A stretch of 63,483 nucleotides of DNA, filler included, from Basidioascus undulatus (taxonomy: Eukaryota): assembly GCA_000826855.1 (NCBI GenBank). It is 10 parts of 10 records of this genome, joined end to end, with 100 filler letters (N's around TTAATTAATTAA, not from the genome) between each part and the next. Parts side by side here need not be neighbours in the genome. Positions count along the whole stretch, not along the records: positions 38,293 to 63,483 come from JTLS01000223.1; 9 more parts are not named here. One strand, given 5' to 3'. The notes below the pieces were generated by a model, which did not search any database, had not been told where the DNA came from, and worked only from the letters and a program-made list of their open reading frames with translations. Shown in pieces: positions 48,819 through 61,300 of the stretch. The translations under genes were made by a program, and so were the position numbers. Numbering within the stretch: position 1 is the stretch's first letter; each line of letters begins with the position of its first letter.

Positions 48819-50819
48819 ATGTCACCGTATCCATTGTCCGACCTCATCTCTCGCAGCTACACGGCCTCGTCTGCCGAGCCGACCGCGGTGTTCCCCACGC
48901 CCACCCACCAAGCGCTCGCCTCCGTACTCTTCATCACCGGTGCGTTTTCGCTTCCTGACACGCTCGCATTCCACCTCCCCTATCACATTCTGGAGCACTC
49001 GCTGAGCCCCTCTCCCAAACAGCCACCGCCGTCCTGACCTTCCTCCTCGCCCGGCGCTCCGATGGGATCCCACTGCTTCCGACTCACTGGCCATCACAAG
49101 TGACCTGGGCGCGCCTCTGCGTCGTGCTCGTCTTTCTGGACTCGTGCGTCGGCCGCTCCCTGGCTCATCGAGCCCCGTCGTAAGCTGACACAGACTTGCA
49201 TGTCGCCTGCAGCCTCGCGTTCGTGTTCTTCACATCGATCCTCATCTTCGGGGTCGGCATGTCCACCAACCGTACGGCTTGCGCCATGGGAATCTTTGCC
49301 TGTATCGTGCGTCCCTCGCGTTGTGCTGCCCCAGTCGCTCCCCTCTCCGGCTCACCATTCGTGCCCTCACGCCGTAGACGTTCTACGCAGGCTCAAAGGT
49401 CAGCTTCTGTTCCCTTTCACGACGCAGCCGCATCGTTAACCCGAAAAACCTCACAACAGATCCTCATATACTTGTTCCTTGCTGAGAAGGCATTCAGCGT
49501 GTGCGTGTCCCATTCGACCATGCTCTTCCCTGCGCCTCCTGACAACCTCCCGCTTCAGGTCCGGCTCCCTCAAGCCCCGTCTCCAAACGCCCGTCTACCG
49601 CTTCTGCATCTTGCTCATCACGCCGTCCGTACTGCGTTCACCACACGATTCGCAATCCGCAGCCCAACCTGAAATCGTGCCACATCTTTAGGTACATCGC
49701 CGTCCTGGTTCTGATGATAGTCGGTCGCATCGCCTTCATACGGGCCGACGGGGCGTGCGTGATCGGCCTTGGAAAGATCGCGTGTGTTCCTCTCACCCTC
49801 TCCCTGTCCATCACCCTTATCTTCTGACACTAATGCTGCGTTGGACGCGGACAGCTCCCTTCCCCTCCTCGTCTACGACTTCATCATCACCGCCATTCTC
49901 TCCCTTCTCTTCCTCGTGCCGCTCATGCGCTCCACGTTTGTATCCAAGAAACTTCGCGCGGTGGCTATCCGGACGCTCTAGTGCGTCCTTTCTCCCTCTG
50001 TTCCTCCGCCATCGTGCTCACGCTGACGAAACGTGTGGGTCCATACAGCGGCGCTGTGGCAGCGCTAATAACGAGCACAGTAAACATTGCCGTCCTCACG
50101 ATAATGCATGGTCTGTCCTTCGTCGTTGTTAGGCATGGGTAATACGTCGTTGACTCCTCTGTCCTCCGCTCGCCATCCCCCTTAGGCAAACAGCTGGGCT
50201 GGGTTTGTCTCGGGTGGTGAGTCTTCACTCCTCTTCCCTATCGCTTATCGTCCTCCGCGCGGCTGACCCATGCGTGCATCCCAACACCGCAGCTGCTGCA
50301 CGGATGTGACCCTGAACGCACTCGTCCTGTACCTGATCACCTCCCCGCTCTCGAACAACGCCCTCGGGACGACCGCCCCTGCCTCGCCCCTTCCCAAGGG
50401 CACGTCCTTAGGCATCTCCTCCTACCGCAGCGCCACGGCCGCGTGGGACGGCGAGCGCCGCTCGGCCGGGTGGTGGGTCCGCAAGGGCAAGAAGGGGGAC
50501 GACGAGGAAGGCGCGATGAGGCCCATGACTCTCACCCCGATCGAAGTGCGCTCACCTGCCTCCCCTCCCCTCCCTCTCTTCCCCGCCTCCCTGCCCGCGG
50601 CCTTACTGACAAGACGGCCCCCACCCAAACTCGCAGGTCAACGTCCACACCGAGATCGTCGAGATGTGCAGCTCACCCACCCGTCCGGATCCCTCGATAA
50701 TCACCACCGACTCGCCCAGCCTCATGAGCAGCACCACCGCCGCCCCCGCGAATCTCGCCGCGCCGCCTCCCGTTCTCCGTTTTGACAAGGCGCTGCGCAG
50801 GTTCTCAGGTGAGGCGTGA
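48819..50819 (+). CDS. Seven-transmembrane (GPCR-like) hypothetical protein, multi-exon
   Basis: The spliced product has seven hydrophobic helices. Motifs include TACAMGIFACITFYAGSKILIYLFLAEK, DGACVIGL, YDFII, SKKLRAVAIRT and LGWVCLG...DVTLNALVL. Confidence 0.75.
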
Positions 50820-52116
50820 GCGCAATACTTTTAGTTTTTCCCATTCGTGTACTTCGGCTTTATTATTCGTGATTTTCTGGATACGCCTCTTTCTTCTGGG
50901 ATTCTGGTGTCATGATCTGGTGGTTTGGGTTTGCCGCGCGGCCGCTCGCTTTGTTACAGGCTGACACGCATGCCGTCCGAGCAGTACTGCTGGGAGAGCG
51001 CAGCACAGTCTGAACGCAAGGCCGGCGCCCGCCAGTGTTCTTGCACATCATGGCCAATTTAAAAAGGGAACGAAACTTCTCACTCTTCTGCGGTCTTCAG
51101 TGATGTGGGGTTTGCAGTGCAGGGCGGCAGTACGCAGTGCCAACCCAGCGACTAGTCTGCAAGCGACCTGCCAACATCTCACCTCAATGCCTGTACCGAC
51201 TAAGTGTCCCTGGACAACACCCACTATAGTTACAAGAACGCCTATTTACTTCGAAGTATCCAAATTGAGCTCCCCCGGGCGAGGCAGACGACCTCTTGTG
51301 GCACAGGGGAACGCTCTCGTCAGACGAGGTAGTAGGGCCGCGATGAGTGCGGCTTGGTGAATATCGCGCAGAGAGACAAGGTTAGCGTACATATAACTAC
51401 ACCTTTCAATCTCTTTCGAAGGGCCTGCTTGACAGCGTGATACCGGACACCCCTCCAACAGTTCAGGTGCCTGGGGTCACTTCTTGATCAACTGGACGCA
51501 TGGCACCATCTCGACGTCGTCCACGAATTAATGAGGAGCAATGATTATAAATGCTTCAAGTTTATTAAAAGTCACTCTGTGGGCGAGCCCGTCTTAGCTT
51601 GCTTCGACCTTTCAATGGTGTCTCGTGTCCACACAAAACTTCACATTTTTCCGTCTGCTTCTGGACGTGTACCGAGGCAACAACCAGTAGCCGTATAGCT
51701 CGTGTAGCTGTTAGCAGAGAAGGTCATCAAAACCCCCTTGAACAGTTGAACGATGTGGTTAATCCACTCTGCATTGAGCGGTCAGTAACCAGCGGGGGCG
51801 GTCGTGAAGTTCGCGAGCACGCGTCCATACGTCGCACTCGGTGAGTGATCCAGCTTTGAAGATAGGGGGTGTAAATATTCTTCTCCCACTCTGGACATGA
51901 GTAAGGAAATGCGTGCTGACTGGGCTTGGTAGATTTATCAGCTGCCACAAAGCAGCGTTCTGATCCTGGCAGGAGCGTTGGCTCGTCGCAGGTTAAAAAG
52001 CTGCTGTCTTTCGGTATTTCTAGCGTGTTGAGTCCTTCCCTGAGTCCAATTCTTCAAAGATACCAAACACCTGCATCAAAGCCTTCCACACACAGCGCAC
52101 CTAAACCACCTTGGCC

Positions 52117-52875
52117 ATGTCGACCGTCCTCGCCGGAAAGAACGCCATCATGACTGGTGCAGCGCGCGGTACATTTCCTGACCCATCCCCGACCATTTAT
52201 TCTTTCCCCTCCTGGGGGGCCTTCCTGACGTCGTATCGCCCCACGCACAGCCATCGGCGCTCAGATCGCCCTGGACCTGGCATCAGCCGGCGCCCGCGTC
52301 CTCCTCAACTACACGTCTTCCTCTTCCTCCGCCATGGTCGACGAGCTCATCCAGAAGATCAAGGAGTCCGGAGGGGAGGCGGGTAAGGTCCAGGCGGATG
52401 TGGAGGCTGTTGATGTTGGGAGAAGGTCCCCAAGGCCGCGCAGGAATGATTCGGCACGGCACGCGTGGATGTTCTGGTGCACAACGGTCGGACGTGGATG
52501 CACCCGGCTCGAGGAACCAAGGGACTCTGATGTTGAATCTGTCTGAGATCTCATTAGTCCGCGTCATCGAACCTGATAGCGCGAAGCCGCTCTCGAACGT
52601 GAATGCTCGATGCGTACGACCATGTGTTCAACGTGAACAGTATGCCGCCAGATCGTCTCTCGCAGGCCCCATTGGCTGACAGAGGCCCCCATATAATCCA
52701 GTACGCCGCTGCCCCTCCTTCGCAGGCACTTCAGCGCCACATCTCCTCGGGCGGACGCATCATCGTCCTCTCGTCCACCAGGGCTCGGGGCGGGTACCCT
52801 GAAACGACCGTTTATGGAGGCTCGTTGAGTCGATTTCTAATCGACCTAGTCCCCCACGTTCAAGTCAGCCAATGA
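52117..52875 (+). pseudogene. Short-chain dehydrogenase/reductase pseudogene
   Basis: LAGKNAIMTGAARAIG...NY...VQADV, then a frameshift near 52418 to EKVPKAAQE*FGTARVDVLVHN (TGA 52447-52449). YDHVFNVN and GGRIIVLSS...YGGS follow, and the C-terminus is missing. Confidence 0.8.
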
Positions 52876-53039
52876 GAAGCCGCGGTTAGCTTCCGAGCCC
52901 TGCTAGAGAGTTTGGTTCAAGAGCAGCTCTCGAGAGCTCTCACCATCCCATCACCCTCATCACCACCTCCCTCCCTCTGCCCCTCTCCTCCTTCACTCGT
53001 TTTTCCTCCTCCACGCCGTTCTCTCGCGATCCGATAATC

Positions 53040-55375
53040 ATGGCAGGCCCAGCGGACGATGATGAGTACGACGAGTTCGAGTCGGACGAGGAGTTCGAGG
53101 AGCAGAAGCACTCGCTCCGCGCACCCAGGACCGTTACGCACAGCTGCTCCACGTTGTTCAGTACACACAGTGCGCGCTACTACAGCTTTGAGGTGCTCAC
53201 GTCTGCGGGAATGGCGCACAGACATGATGTATCAGGCGGAAATCGACCTGGAGGCGGACTACCAGCGTGGTGAGTGAAAGCACCATTTACGGCTGGGACG
53301 GCTTTGGGAGCTGGGGGGTGGGCGTCTGGGAGATGATACATTCCCACACGCGTTTGAGAGAGTTCATCGGCTTCCAGGTGTCCCACGTTACCCGGCTTCA
53401 CGCGTAGACTCTTGTTCGCGTGGCGTCGACGCGTCCTGGTCGCGTTGGGTTGTGCGTGCCTTCGCGACTCGACGCGCTCGCCTCTCGCACATCGCCGCAC
53501 GTTCCTAGGACACCACGCTGCTAAAAAGTCCAGGAAGGGAACTGACGTGGAAAATCCCCCCGTTCTATTCAGATGTCGTTTGGCCCGAGAGCAAGATGTC
53601 GATGTTGATCGACTCGATCTTCAGGTGTGTTCGCTCCGCGTGTAGTCGGAATAACGCGACGGGGGGCTTACCGAATGTACATCGCTAGGAATTACTACAT
53701 CCCTGTAGGCCGATTGACTGTGTGCTTCCGACTCCACGGTATCTGACATTGCTGTTCGACAGCCTATCATCTTCGCGAACCAGCGTGGAGCGACCTCTGA
53801 TCAGGACATCCTGGTGTGTATCGACGGTGCGTGGCTGCATTGCACTTCTGTCGCAGCAACATTCTTACAAGGATGGGTTTCACCAGGCAAGCAGCGGCTC
53901 ACGAGCATCCAACGTGTATGTCGCTCATCCTACCCTCTGAGCGCGGTCCGCCTCACGCTCTTTAGTCCTTACCCAGTTCTTCCTCAACCTGATTCCGTAC
54001 CGCAACCCGTGCGCCAGTTGGATGATTGAATGTGAGAATAGGGTGTGCTGATATACCCAAACCGCAGGATGGAGAAGGGGAAGCGGCAGTACTACGAGGC
54101 CTCGCAGGGCAAGCCGGGCATTCCGCCGCACCTGAAGAGCAAGATAGAGCGCGCCCAGATCACGATAGGTAAGTCGTACAGGCGTCGGATTGCTTATTGC
54201 ACCTGTTGCTGACGGACGTGCTTGTTATAGTGGTTTATGAGGAGCTCACGCCCGATCAAGAGCGCGACATCTTCCAGCGTGTGCAGCTCGGCATGGCGCT
54301 GAAGGCGTCGGAGAAGATGGCCGCACTTGGTGGGAGGTGGGCGGAGCTCATCCACGCGACGATCAAGAAATACGTCGACGAAGGTCTCGCGGACAAACTC
54401 GACATCAACCTCACGTGAGTCCGGAGCCGACTGCTCGCCGTGATGGATTCGAAGCTGACACTCATCAGTGGGCCAGGCGCTCGGTCGACTTCTCCAACGT
54501 CGCTCAGGTCATCCTTCTCATGAGCGAGCGCGGTTCCGGCGGACCGTCGATCGCGACCGGGCAAGGGCTATACCGGTCGGCGGCGGCGATCAACAAGATG
54601 CTCAAAAGCTCGGAGGCGCCGAGTCCCAAACTCGCAGAGACCGTCAACAAGACGTTTGCGAAGTTCCTCCAGCTCGCGAGGGACCAAAGGAACGACCAGA
54701 TATTCAAGTCGGGGAGGAAAGTCGCGCCGGTCGAGGTAAGTCGCCCATTCGCCGTGACGCAATATCGCGTCGCTGCCGAACGCCCGCTTACTTCGTATAT
54801 CCAAACAGTTCATCGCTATCGCATACCTCGTATTCAGATATCGCAATCGCCTGAGCGACGAGGAGCTCGCGAAGGAGATTGGCCAGATGCGCACGACCGT
54901 GCGCAAGGAGCACGTCGACATCCGCAACAACCAGAAAGTCGGCGTCGCTTTCGGCAAGTTCATCGAGTCGATCAAGGCCGACGGCGAGTCGGACGACGAC
55001 GACGACGTACCGCTCAAGTCGATGTCGAGGGGCACGAAGCGCAAGAGCCGCGCCGACGACGACGATGGTGAGTTCCGGCTGCGCACGAGCGTCGGCGGCT
55101 CGGCGCGCAAGACGCGCGCGTCTGCTGCTACGGGCTCCGCCACGGCAACGCCGGTCAAGAAGGAGCCCGTCGCACCCGCGCTGTCCAGGCCGGCCGGATC
55201 CAATACCCCCATTCGCTCCGGCTCGCCACCAGGCGCGCCGGCGGCTCCATCTCAACGTCGTCCCGCTGCTCCCGCCCCGAACGCCAGTTGCCCGGCGTCG
55301 ACCCTGCTTCCTGGCCCGCCGGGGCCCGAGCTCGGGCGGAGATGGGGCGCGCGCGTGCCCACGCTCGCCTGCTGA
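53040..55375 (+). CDS. DUF262 (GmrSD N-terminal, ParB/Srx-like) domain protein, intact and multi-intron
   Basis: IDLEADYQR|DVVWPESKMSMLIDSIFRNYYIP|PIIF...VCIDG|KQRLTSI...ERDIFQRVQLGMALKASEK, matching the DUF262 QR, DGQQR and FxRxN-G motifs. The tail is basic and low-complexity. Confidence 0.82.
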
Positions 55376-56305
55376 TACCGGAGCGTCTTCCCGAACACCG
55401 GCTGTGTCGGGGGCGGCGTCGGTGTCGGCGCGGGAGGGGGCTGCTGCGGGAGTTCCTTCTCGCGCCGGTCGGTGACGACGTCGCGGAGGGCAGCTTGGAA
55501 GGGGTTGGATCGCGGGGCGGGGGCAGCGGCGGCAGCAGCGGAGGGAGGGCGGGCGAGGGAGTTGGTGGTGGAGGTGATGGGGGGAGCGGCGGGGGCAGAG
55601 GGGCGAGCCATGAAGGCTTTGCGCTCGTATTTTGCGCGTATGAAGCGCTCGAGTTCCGAGTCGCGCTCTTCTTCGGACTGGTTCGTCGGCGGGGGATGCT
55701 TGCGCTCGTCGGGGTTGTAGAGCGCGTTGGAGGCGACGTTCCCGGTGCTCTTCATCTTCTGCTCAACGAGCCCCTGGGTCATTGGCATCTCCCTTCCTTG
55801 AGGACCAGCAACAGATGGGAGAAGGACGCACGTCGACTTGTTCCCTATTCCATGCGTCCAGCGTCACGCTCTTACTACGCCCGGCCATCTCGCCTCAGCA
55901 CGACAGGGCCCGAATAACAGAAAAGGTGAGGACCGACACTTTGGAGACGTGCGTGCCGAGCTTGCGGTGGATACTCGCACACTTGACGCAGAGGAAGATG
56001 CCCAGCGAGTGAGACGCCCATCGTGGATCTGCCGAGCCCAGCAGCGCCCTCAACACAGTCCCTGAACTACAAAGTGAAATGTTTTGCTTACTCCTCGTTC
56101 TGCAGTCTGCGCAAATATCGTTCCCCGGGATGCTCAAAAGCTCGAGCAATATGCGGTGGTGTCGCTCGGCCTGTCGAGCCACGAGACAGGGAGGGTGTGC
56201 CCCTGCAATGTCAGACTCGAGTCCCTGGGCTTCCGCCTCGGTGCCTAAAAAAAATCCAATAGTCCCGTTATAACGGACCTGTTGTTTTGATACCGAGCTG
56301 GACAT
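55252..56305 (-). CDS. ArfGAP (Age2/SMAP-like)
   Basis: PGNDICADC...[57 protein letters not shown]. Confidence 0.92.
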
Positions 56306-56718
56306 TGCGGCGGTCGCAGCGGCTGAGAAAAGCAGCGAGAGATGGTGGAGATGGTCGAATGACGGGCAACGACGAGCGAGGGAACGTCGACGGTCGCCCG
56401 TGCTCGATCGTCTCATTGCGGGGAACTGAGCTTAGTCAGCTCATATAGCGCAGAGTCGCAGTTTCTCTTTTTTTCAGTACGGCTGCCGCTGAACCAGAAG
56501 GAGTCCCAAATCCCCATCAAGAGTGCAATATTCTGATTGAAGTAGAGCGTTAAGTGATGCTCGACGAGTCGGCCCAGCGAGGAGAGTCGAAGTCGCCGGC
56601 CGCACTTCAGCTTCCGTGCGGTCGCTTTCGTCCTTTGACTCCTCTCAACATCATCGCATCTCGCCGGCCGCTCGGGCGCTACGCTTCGAAAGCATCCACA
56701 GCCTCAATCTCACTTCCA

Positions 56719-57526
56719 ATGTCCTCGATCGCCAGCCCATCGAGCTCTGCCATCTCTCGCGGCCCACGGCCGACCCTCTCGATCGAGCTTGTCTCCCTCA
56801 TTTTCGAGCACCTCTGGGCCGAGCACACAGAAGACCGGGATGAAGTTCTCATCTCGCTCCTACACTCTCTCAGACAAGTATCTCGAAATATCGAAGCGCT
56901 CTGCAATCCCATCGTCTTCCGTCACATCCGACTCTATTCCTTCGACTCCACGGACGGCTTCGCACGCCTCGTCGGTGCGTGTCCGGAACTCGGGTACATG
57001 ATCCTTCAATTATCGCTCTACTGCGGCGACCGCCAGATCGAGGCTGGCCTTTTCGGGTGCCCTCTGCTCGGCTCAGTATCTGTTTTGATGGCGACCCGGA
57101 CGAAGACTTCCAGGTCTCGCTCACGCGCTGTATCACCGTGCGCAGGCGCTTCGGCTCGTCCGGCCCACGGCGCTTTATGTCGATCTCCCGTTCATTTTCA
57201 ACTTTGAGATTTACGACAACTTTCATAAGGTATTTGTCGAGCTGCTCGAATCGGACTGGGCGGGCATCATGACTTTGCACATGGTCGGTGGCGGGAACTG
57301 GCTGTCTTTCCTTCACATCTTGCAGGCGCAAGCATTCGAGACGGTCGTACTGGCACCTGGAGACGCCTACGAGGACGAGGAGCTTGTGGATGTTGCGCTG
57401 AACCCGAATCTCAAGCATCTGAAGTTGCGCGGGTATGGGAGGAGCGTCGAGAAGGAGATCCGGCTGTTGCTGAGCAAGGAGGAACCGTGGGTCGGGAATA
57501 AGGTGGTGTACGACTTGCACCAGTAA
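56719..57526 (+). pseudogene. F-box-like protein, probably frameshifted
   Basis: PTLSIELVSLIFEHL...LHSLRQVSR...NPIVFRHIRL. Downstream coding-like blocks fall in two other frames with no obvious introns. Confidence 0.5.
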
Positions 57527-57846
57527 TACACGATTGGCAGGCCAATAAATTGGTACAGTAGATGATACACTGACTGTTAGCTGGGGTATTTAAGTGTGGC
57601 ATGGAGGGTGAACGTTTCACAATGGATGGACAGCTCTTCAGCCGATCGAGCGGCAGGCGCTCCGCCTCGCTCAAGTGGTTCATATTGGTGGTTCAGCGTT
57701 TGGGGGGAATTTTGTCGTGCGTATAGGGAAGAATCATAGATACAATCGACGTCATAGGGCTTGCACTAAGTGCAGAAGCACGGGAATAGAAATGCAAGCA
57801 GTCCGTGAACGTCATCAAAAAGTACATCGGTAAGAATGAAGTGCGA

Positions 57847-60500
57847 TCAGAAGGGCATGGGCGGTGTGGGTGCGGCGCCGCCGAGGACCGCGATCTTGCA
57901 GCGCTGAACCTCAGCTGGAGGGCAAGCGGAAAGTGTCGTCAGCATGCGCCTTGTGTCCACCATACCTGTTCCGCCAAGGCAGCAAACTCACCCGCCATGC
58001 TTCTCGCGACAGGCCACACCGGCTCCTGCAGCCTCAGCGTCTCCTCAACCATCTCCAAATCGCTGATCAAGCTCATCGCGCGCCAGCCAGCGCTGGGGTC
58101 GACGCTCAGAGGCGGGTTGGACGCGAGGCCGAGGAGGAGGCCAAAGCTGGCGATGACGAGCCCGCAGGTGGAGAACGCGCTGTGGGACGGGCGCGCGCCG
58201 CGCAGGTCCTGCATCTCGAAGTCCTCCCGGACGACGGCCAGGATGGCCTGCGCCGAGTCGGTGATCTTGGAGACGGAGGTGGGGGGTGTGATCTGGATGA
58301 GGGCGGCGTTGCTGGGCGAGGAGGAGGAGGGCGTGAGGGTGTCGGTCGAGGTGGAGATGGGAGGCAGCTCGTGCGCGGCTGGGGGCGGGTCGCCGTGCTC
58401 GGGAGCTGGACTGCCTGCGCGAGGAGGGACCGGGGAGGACAGAGGGGAGGGGGGCGGAGTGGCCAGCGAGCAGGAAGCGAAGGAGAGGGAAAGGTCCGGC
58501 GCGTTGTAGAGGTGTTGCAAGTGGATACTCGCTCTGCGTCATTGTATCAGTTCTGCTTCCGATCGATGTAAAGCACAAATACAACTCACGCATTGAGCAT
58601 CAGCAGGCCCATAAAGCTCGCCTCCTTCTGCGCGCGCCACTTGACCTTCTCGGGGTCGCCCGCGGGGTACGAGCGCTCGCGCTCGGACGCGCGCGTCCAC
58701 GTTCCGGTGCAGATGACGGACATGTTGGAGATGGCGACTTCAAGCGCGCGCAGGCGCTGGCCGTGCTCGGGCGAGCTTGCCGGCGGCGGAGGCGAGGAAG
58801 AGGAGGAGAGGAGGGCGAGGATCCGGAGGCGGAGGGCGTGCGCGGAAAGCTGCCCCTCGCGTGTCGTAGGGAAGGTTAAAAAGGGTACAAAGTGCAAGAA
58901 CAATGGGAAGTGAGATAAGTGAACAGACGCACCTCCTCGCCATTCCGGGGAGCCCAGGCAGTGGGGAGGTCGACAGCCACGTCCAGCCCCTCCAGCACGC
59001 TCATGCGCCGCCCGGTGACGACCTGCATCATGATATCGAGGGCATAGAGCTCCCACCATAGTCGGCGCTCGATGTCGGCTTGCTCGATCGCGCACTCGTC
59101 CGTCAAGTCGACTGCGTGCTGCGACGGCCGGACGTCGCGGCGATAGAGACCAGCTTGTACGGCGACGGCTGCTGCTTCTCTCTGTTGTCGTCGCATGTGA
59201 GCATTTTGAGACATGAGCGCGTGAAGACGAGCGTGGGGAAAGAGCGTGGGGAAAGAGCGTGGGCAACCTACCAGACGTCGTCGAGCGATGTTCGACCGCT
59301 GCATGCCATACTCGATATGTACAAGGATGAGGAGCGCTGCCATCCGCTCCGGCACTGGGACAAGCATGGCGCTGTCTAGAAGGGTGTTGGCGAGCGAGAG
59401 GTAGTCGACAGACGGCGGACGGATGGTGAAGGGCACGGCGATGGCACACATAGCCGCGAGGAGCAGAGGCGACACCGTGGGAAGCTGGTGGGTGAGGAAT
59501 GTGGCGTGGTCGGGGAGGAGAGGGATAAAGTGGTGCACGTGGGTGAAGAATACCGAGACGCTTGGGAAGGGAAAGTGTTGAGCGAGGCTGCACGTGAACA
59601 AAAGAGGCGAGAAGACGCACAGGTCGAGAATCTCTCTGTCTGGCCCGAGGGCGGTATTGGCGGGTTGAGGTGAGTTGAGCGTGATCTCGAGCGGCGGAGG
59701 GCTGAACCACTCGGTGGGGGGTGGGATTGCCGAAGGAGGCATGGTCGAGATGAATGCGTCGAGGTCGACATCGAGCGGGCCCACGAAGGCGGACGGGTAC
59801 GGCGGGGAGAAGGTCGTCGTGGACGCGTAGGACGTCGAAGGCGAGAACGGAGAAGGCATAGCATACGGTGAAGACGCTTCTACTGGCGGGAGAGCTAGCG
59901 ACGCGGAGGAAGTCGTCAAGTACGTTGCTGGTGGACTCGGGACGAGGGCCGTTGAGCGCGGCGGCGTGTGCAGCTGCGGCGGAGGGTTGGTATCATGATG
60001 GCCTGTGTTATCCGGCGGCGGCGACGCGTAGTGAATGACTAGTATGGAACGGTGAGAAAGCGGAGAAAGGCAGACAGAAGTAGCCGGGATGGCGGCGTTA
60101 GCCGAAAGTAGCCGCTCGCAGGCGAACCATCCGGATAATATTGAGACGTACGCTCGGAGCCTGTTGTCGCGGGTTGCGGAGCCTGCGCGCCGGATGGTCC
60201 CTCTTGCACTCGTACCGTTGCGGGTGCGGGTGCAGGAGCTGGAGCAGCGACAGTCGCCGAAGGAGCGGACTTGGACGTGCTCGCCTGTGGCGCCTGGTTG
60301 TCCGGCCTCGGGATCTTCCTCGGCCTGCCCATCCTCCGACTCGGGACCCATGTACACGCCTCCCCAATCCGGCAGCACCGGGTGCAGGAGGACCCTGGCT
60401 TGTTGGGATCGCCATCGCAGCGCGCCTTCGCGTTGCGGCAGCTGAGGCACGCCCGCGCGGTGCGCTGCCGGGCCTGATTTGGCGGGATCGGGGGGGTCAT
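57847..60500 (-). CDS. Zn(II)2Cys6 transcription factor with fungal-specific middle domain
   Basis: ACLSCRNAKARCDG...CTRCCRIGEACTW...RMGRPRK, middle region ERRLWWELYALD, and last exon AEVQRCKIAVLG...MPF*. Confidence 0.9.
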
Positions 60501-60941
60501 TGAGACGGTGCGAGATGGGGGATTGATTGTGAGCGTGAGCGCCTCAATAACGACGACGCGCTGACCCTTCTTCGCACGCGCGCGCGCCGCCCCAAGCCGG
60601 CGATGCTTTGAAACAAGCTTCACCCTCGAGGGCTCGAAGGGGCGCCATTTCAGCGAAGAGGCTTATACCACGGCGTGTCCGTGGAAATATGACGGCTATA
60701 GACAGCTTGTCAGCAGTGACAGTACGGAAACGGGTATTATTTATGACAAGCCTGCGTTCAAGGAGGCGCGATCGAATGCCGGATACGATGCTATCGCCGG
60801 CGGGACCGCCGAGTGAAGGGAAAGGAGAAGATAAAGCGTTCGTCGGGACTGAGACTTCTCTTGCACACACCCACCACGCACCTTCATTCGCCACCCAGCC
60901 TCAACGCTAGGTTCACCACCTTCAGAAATTTACTGCAAACC

Positions 60942-61300
60942 ATGGTTTCTATGATCGAGACTTCCGCGCCCATGTGAGCAAAGTCGCAACGCACAGCTGG
61001 TGGTCAACCTGACATCCCGCGACTTCGTAGCCTGTCCTGCAAGGAGGTCCAGTGTGAAAAGGTACTTAGAAACGCTGCTAAAATGTGACATAAAGTCGCC
61101 CGCCACCTATGCTGAAGAAATCGATTGGGTCTGCCAGTGCCACCTGAAGACCTGGTGGGGCTGCGGCAAGCACGTCGACTCCGTATGTCCCCGCGCTCTG
61201 AAGCAAACGTCCCTCCCGTCTTGGCTCATTCTCCGTCTTGTGTGAACAGGTCATGAAGAACATCCCTGAGGCGGAGCGCTGTCAATGCCCGCGCGACTAG
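60942..61300 (+). CDS. 52-aa Cys/His-rich microprotein (4 exons)
   Basis: MVSMIETSAPI|LSCKEVQCEK|CHLKTWWGCGKHVDS|VMKNIPEAERCQCPRD*, with three GT-AG introns and an AAACCATG start. Confidence 0.8.

Noticed and set aside
57805..58571. Long plus-strand ORFs opposite the Zn2Cys6 gene, and similar antisense ORFs elsewhere
   Set aside because: These are shadow ORFs caused by high GC3 in the real genes.
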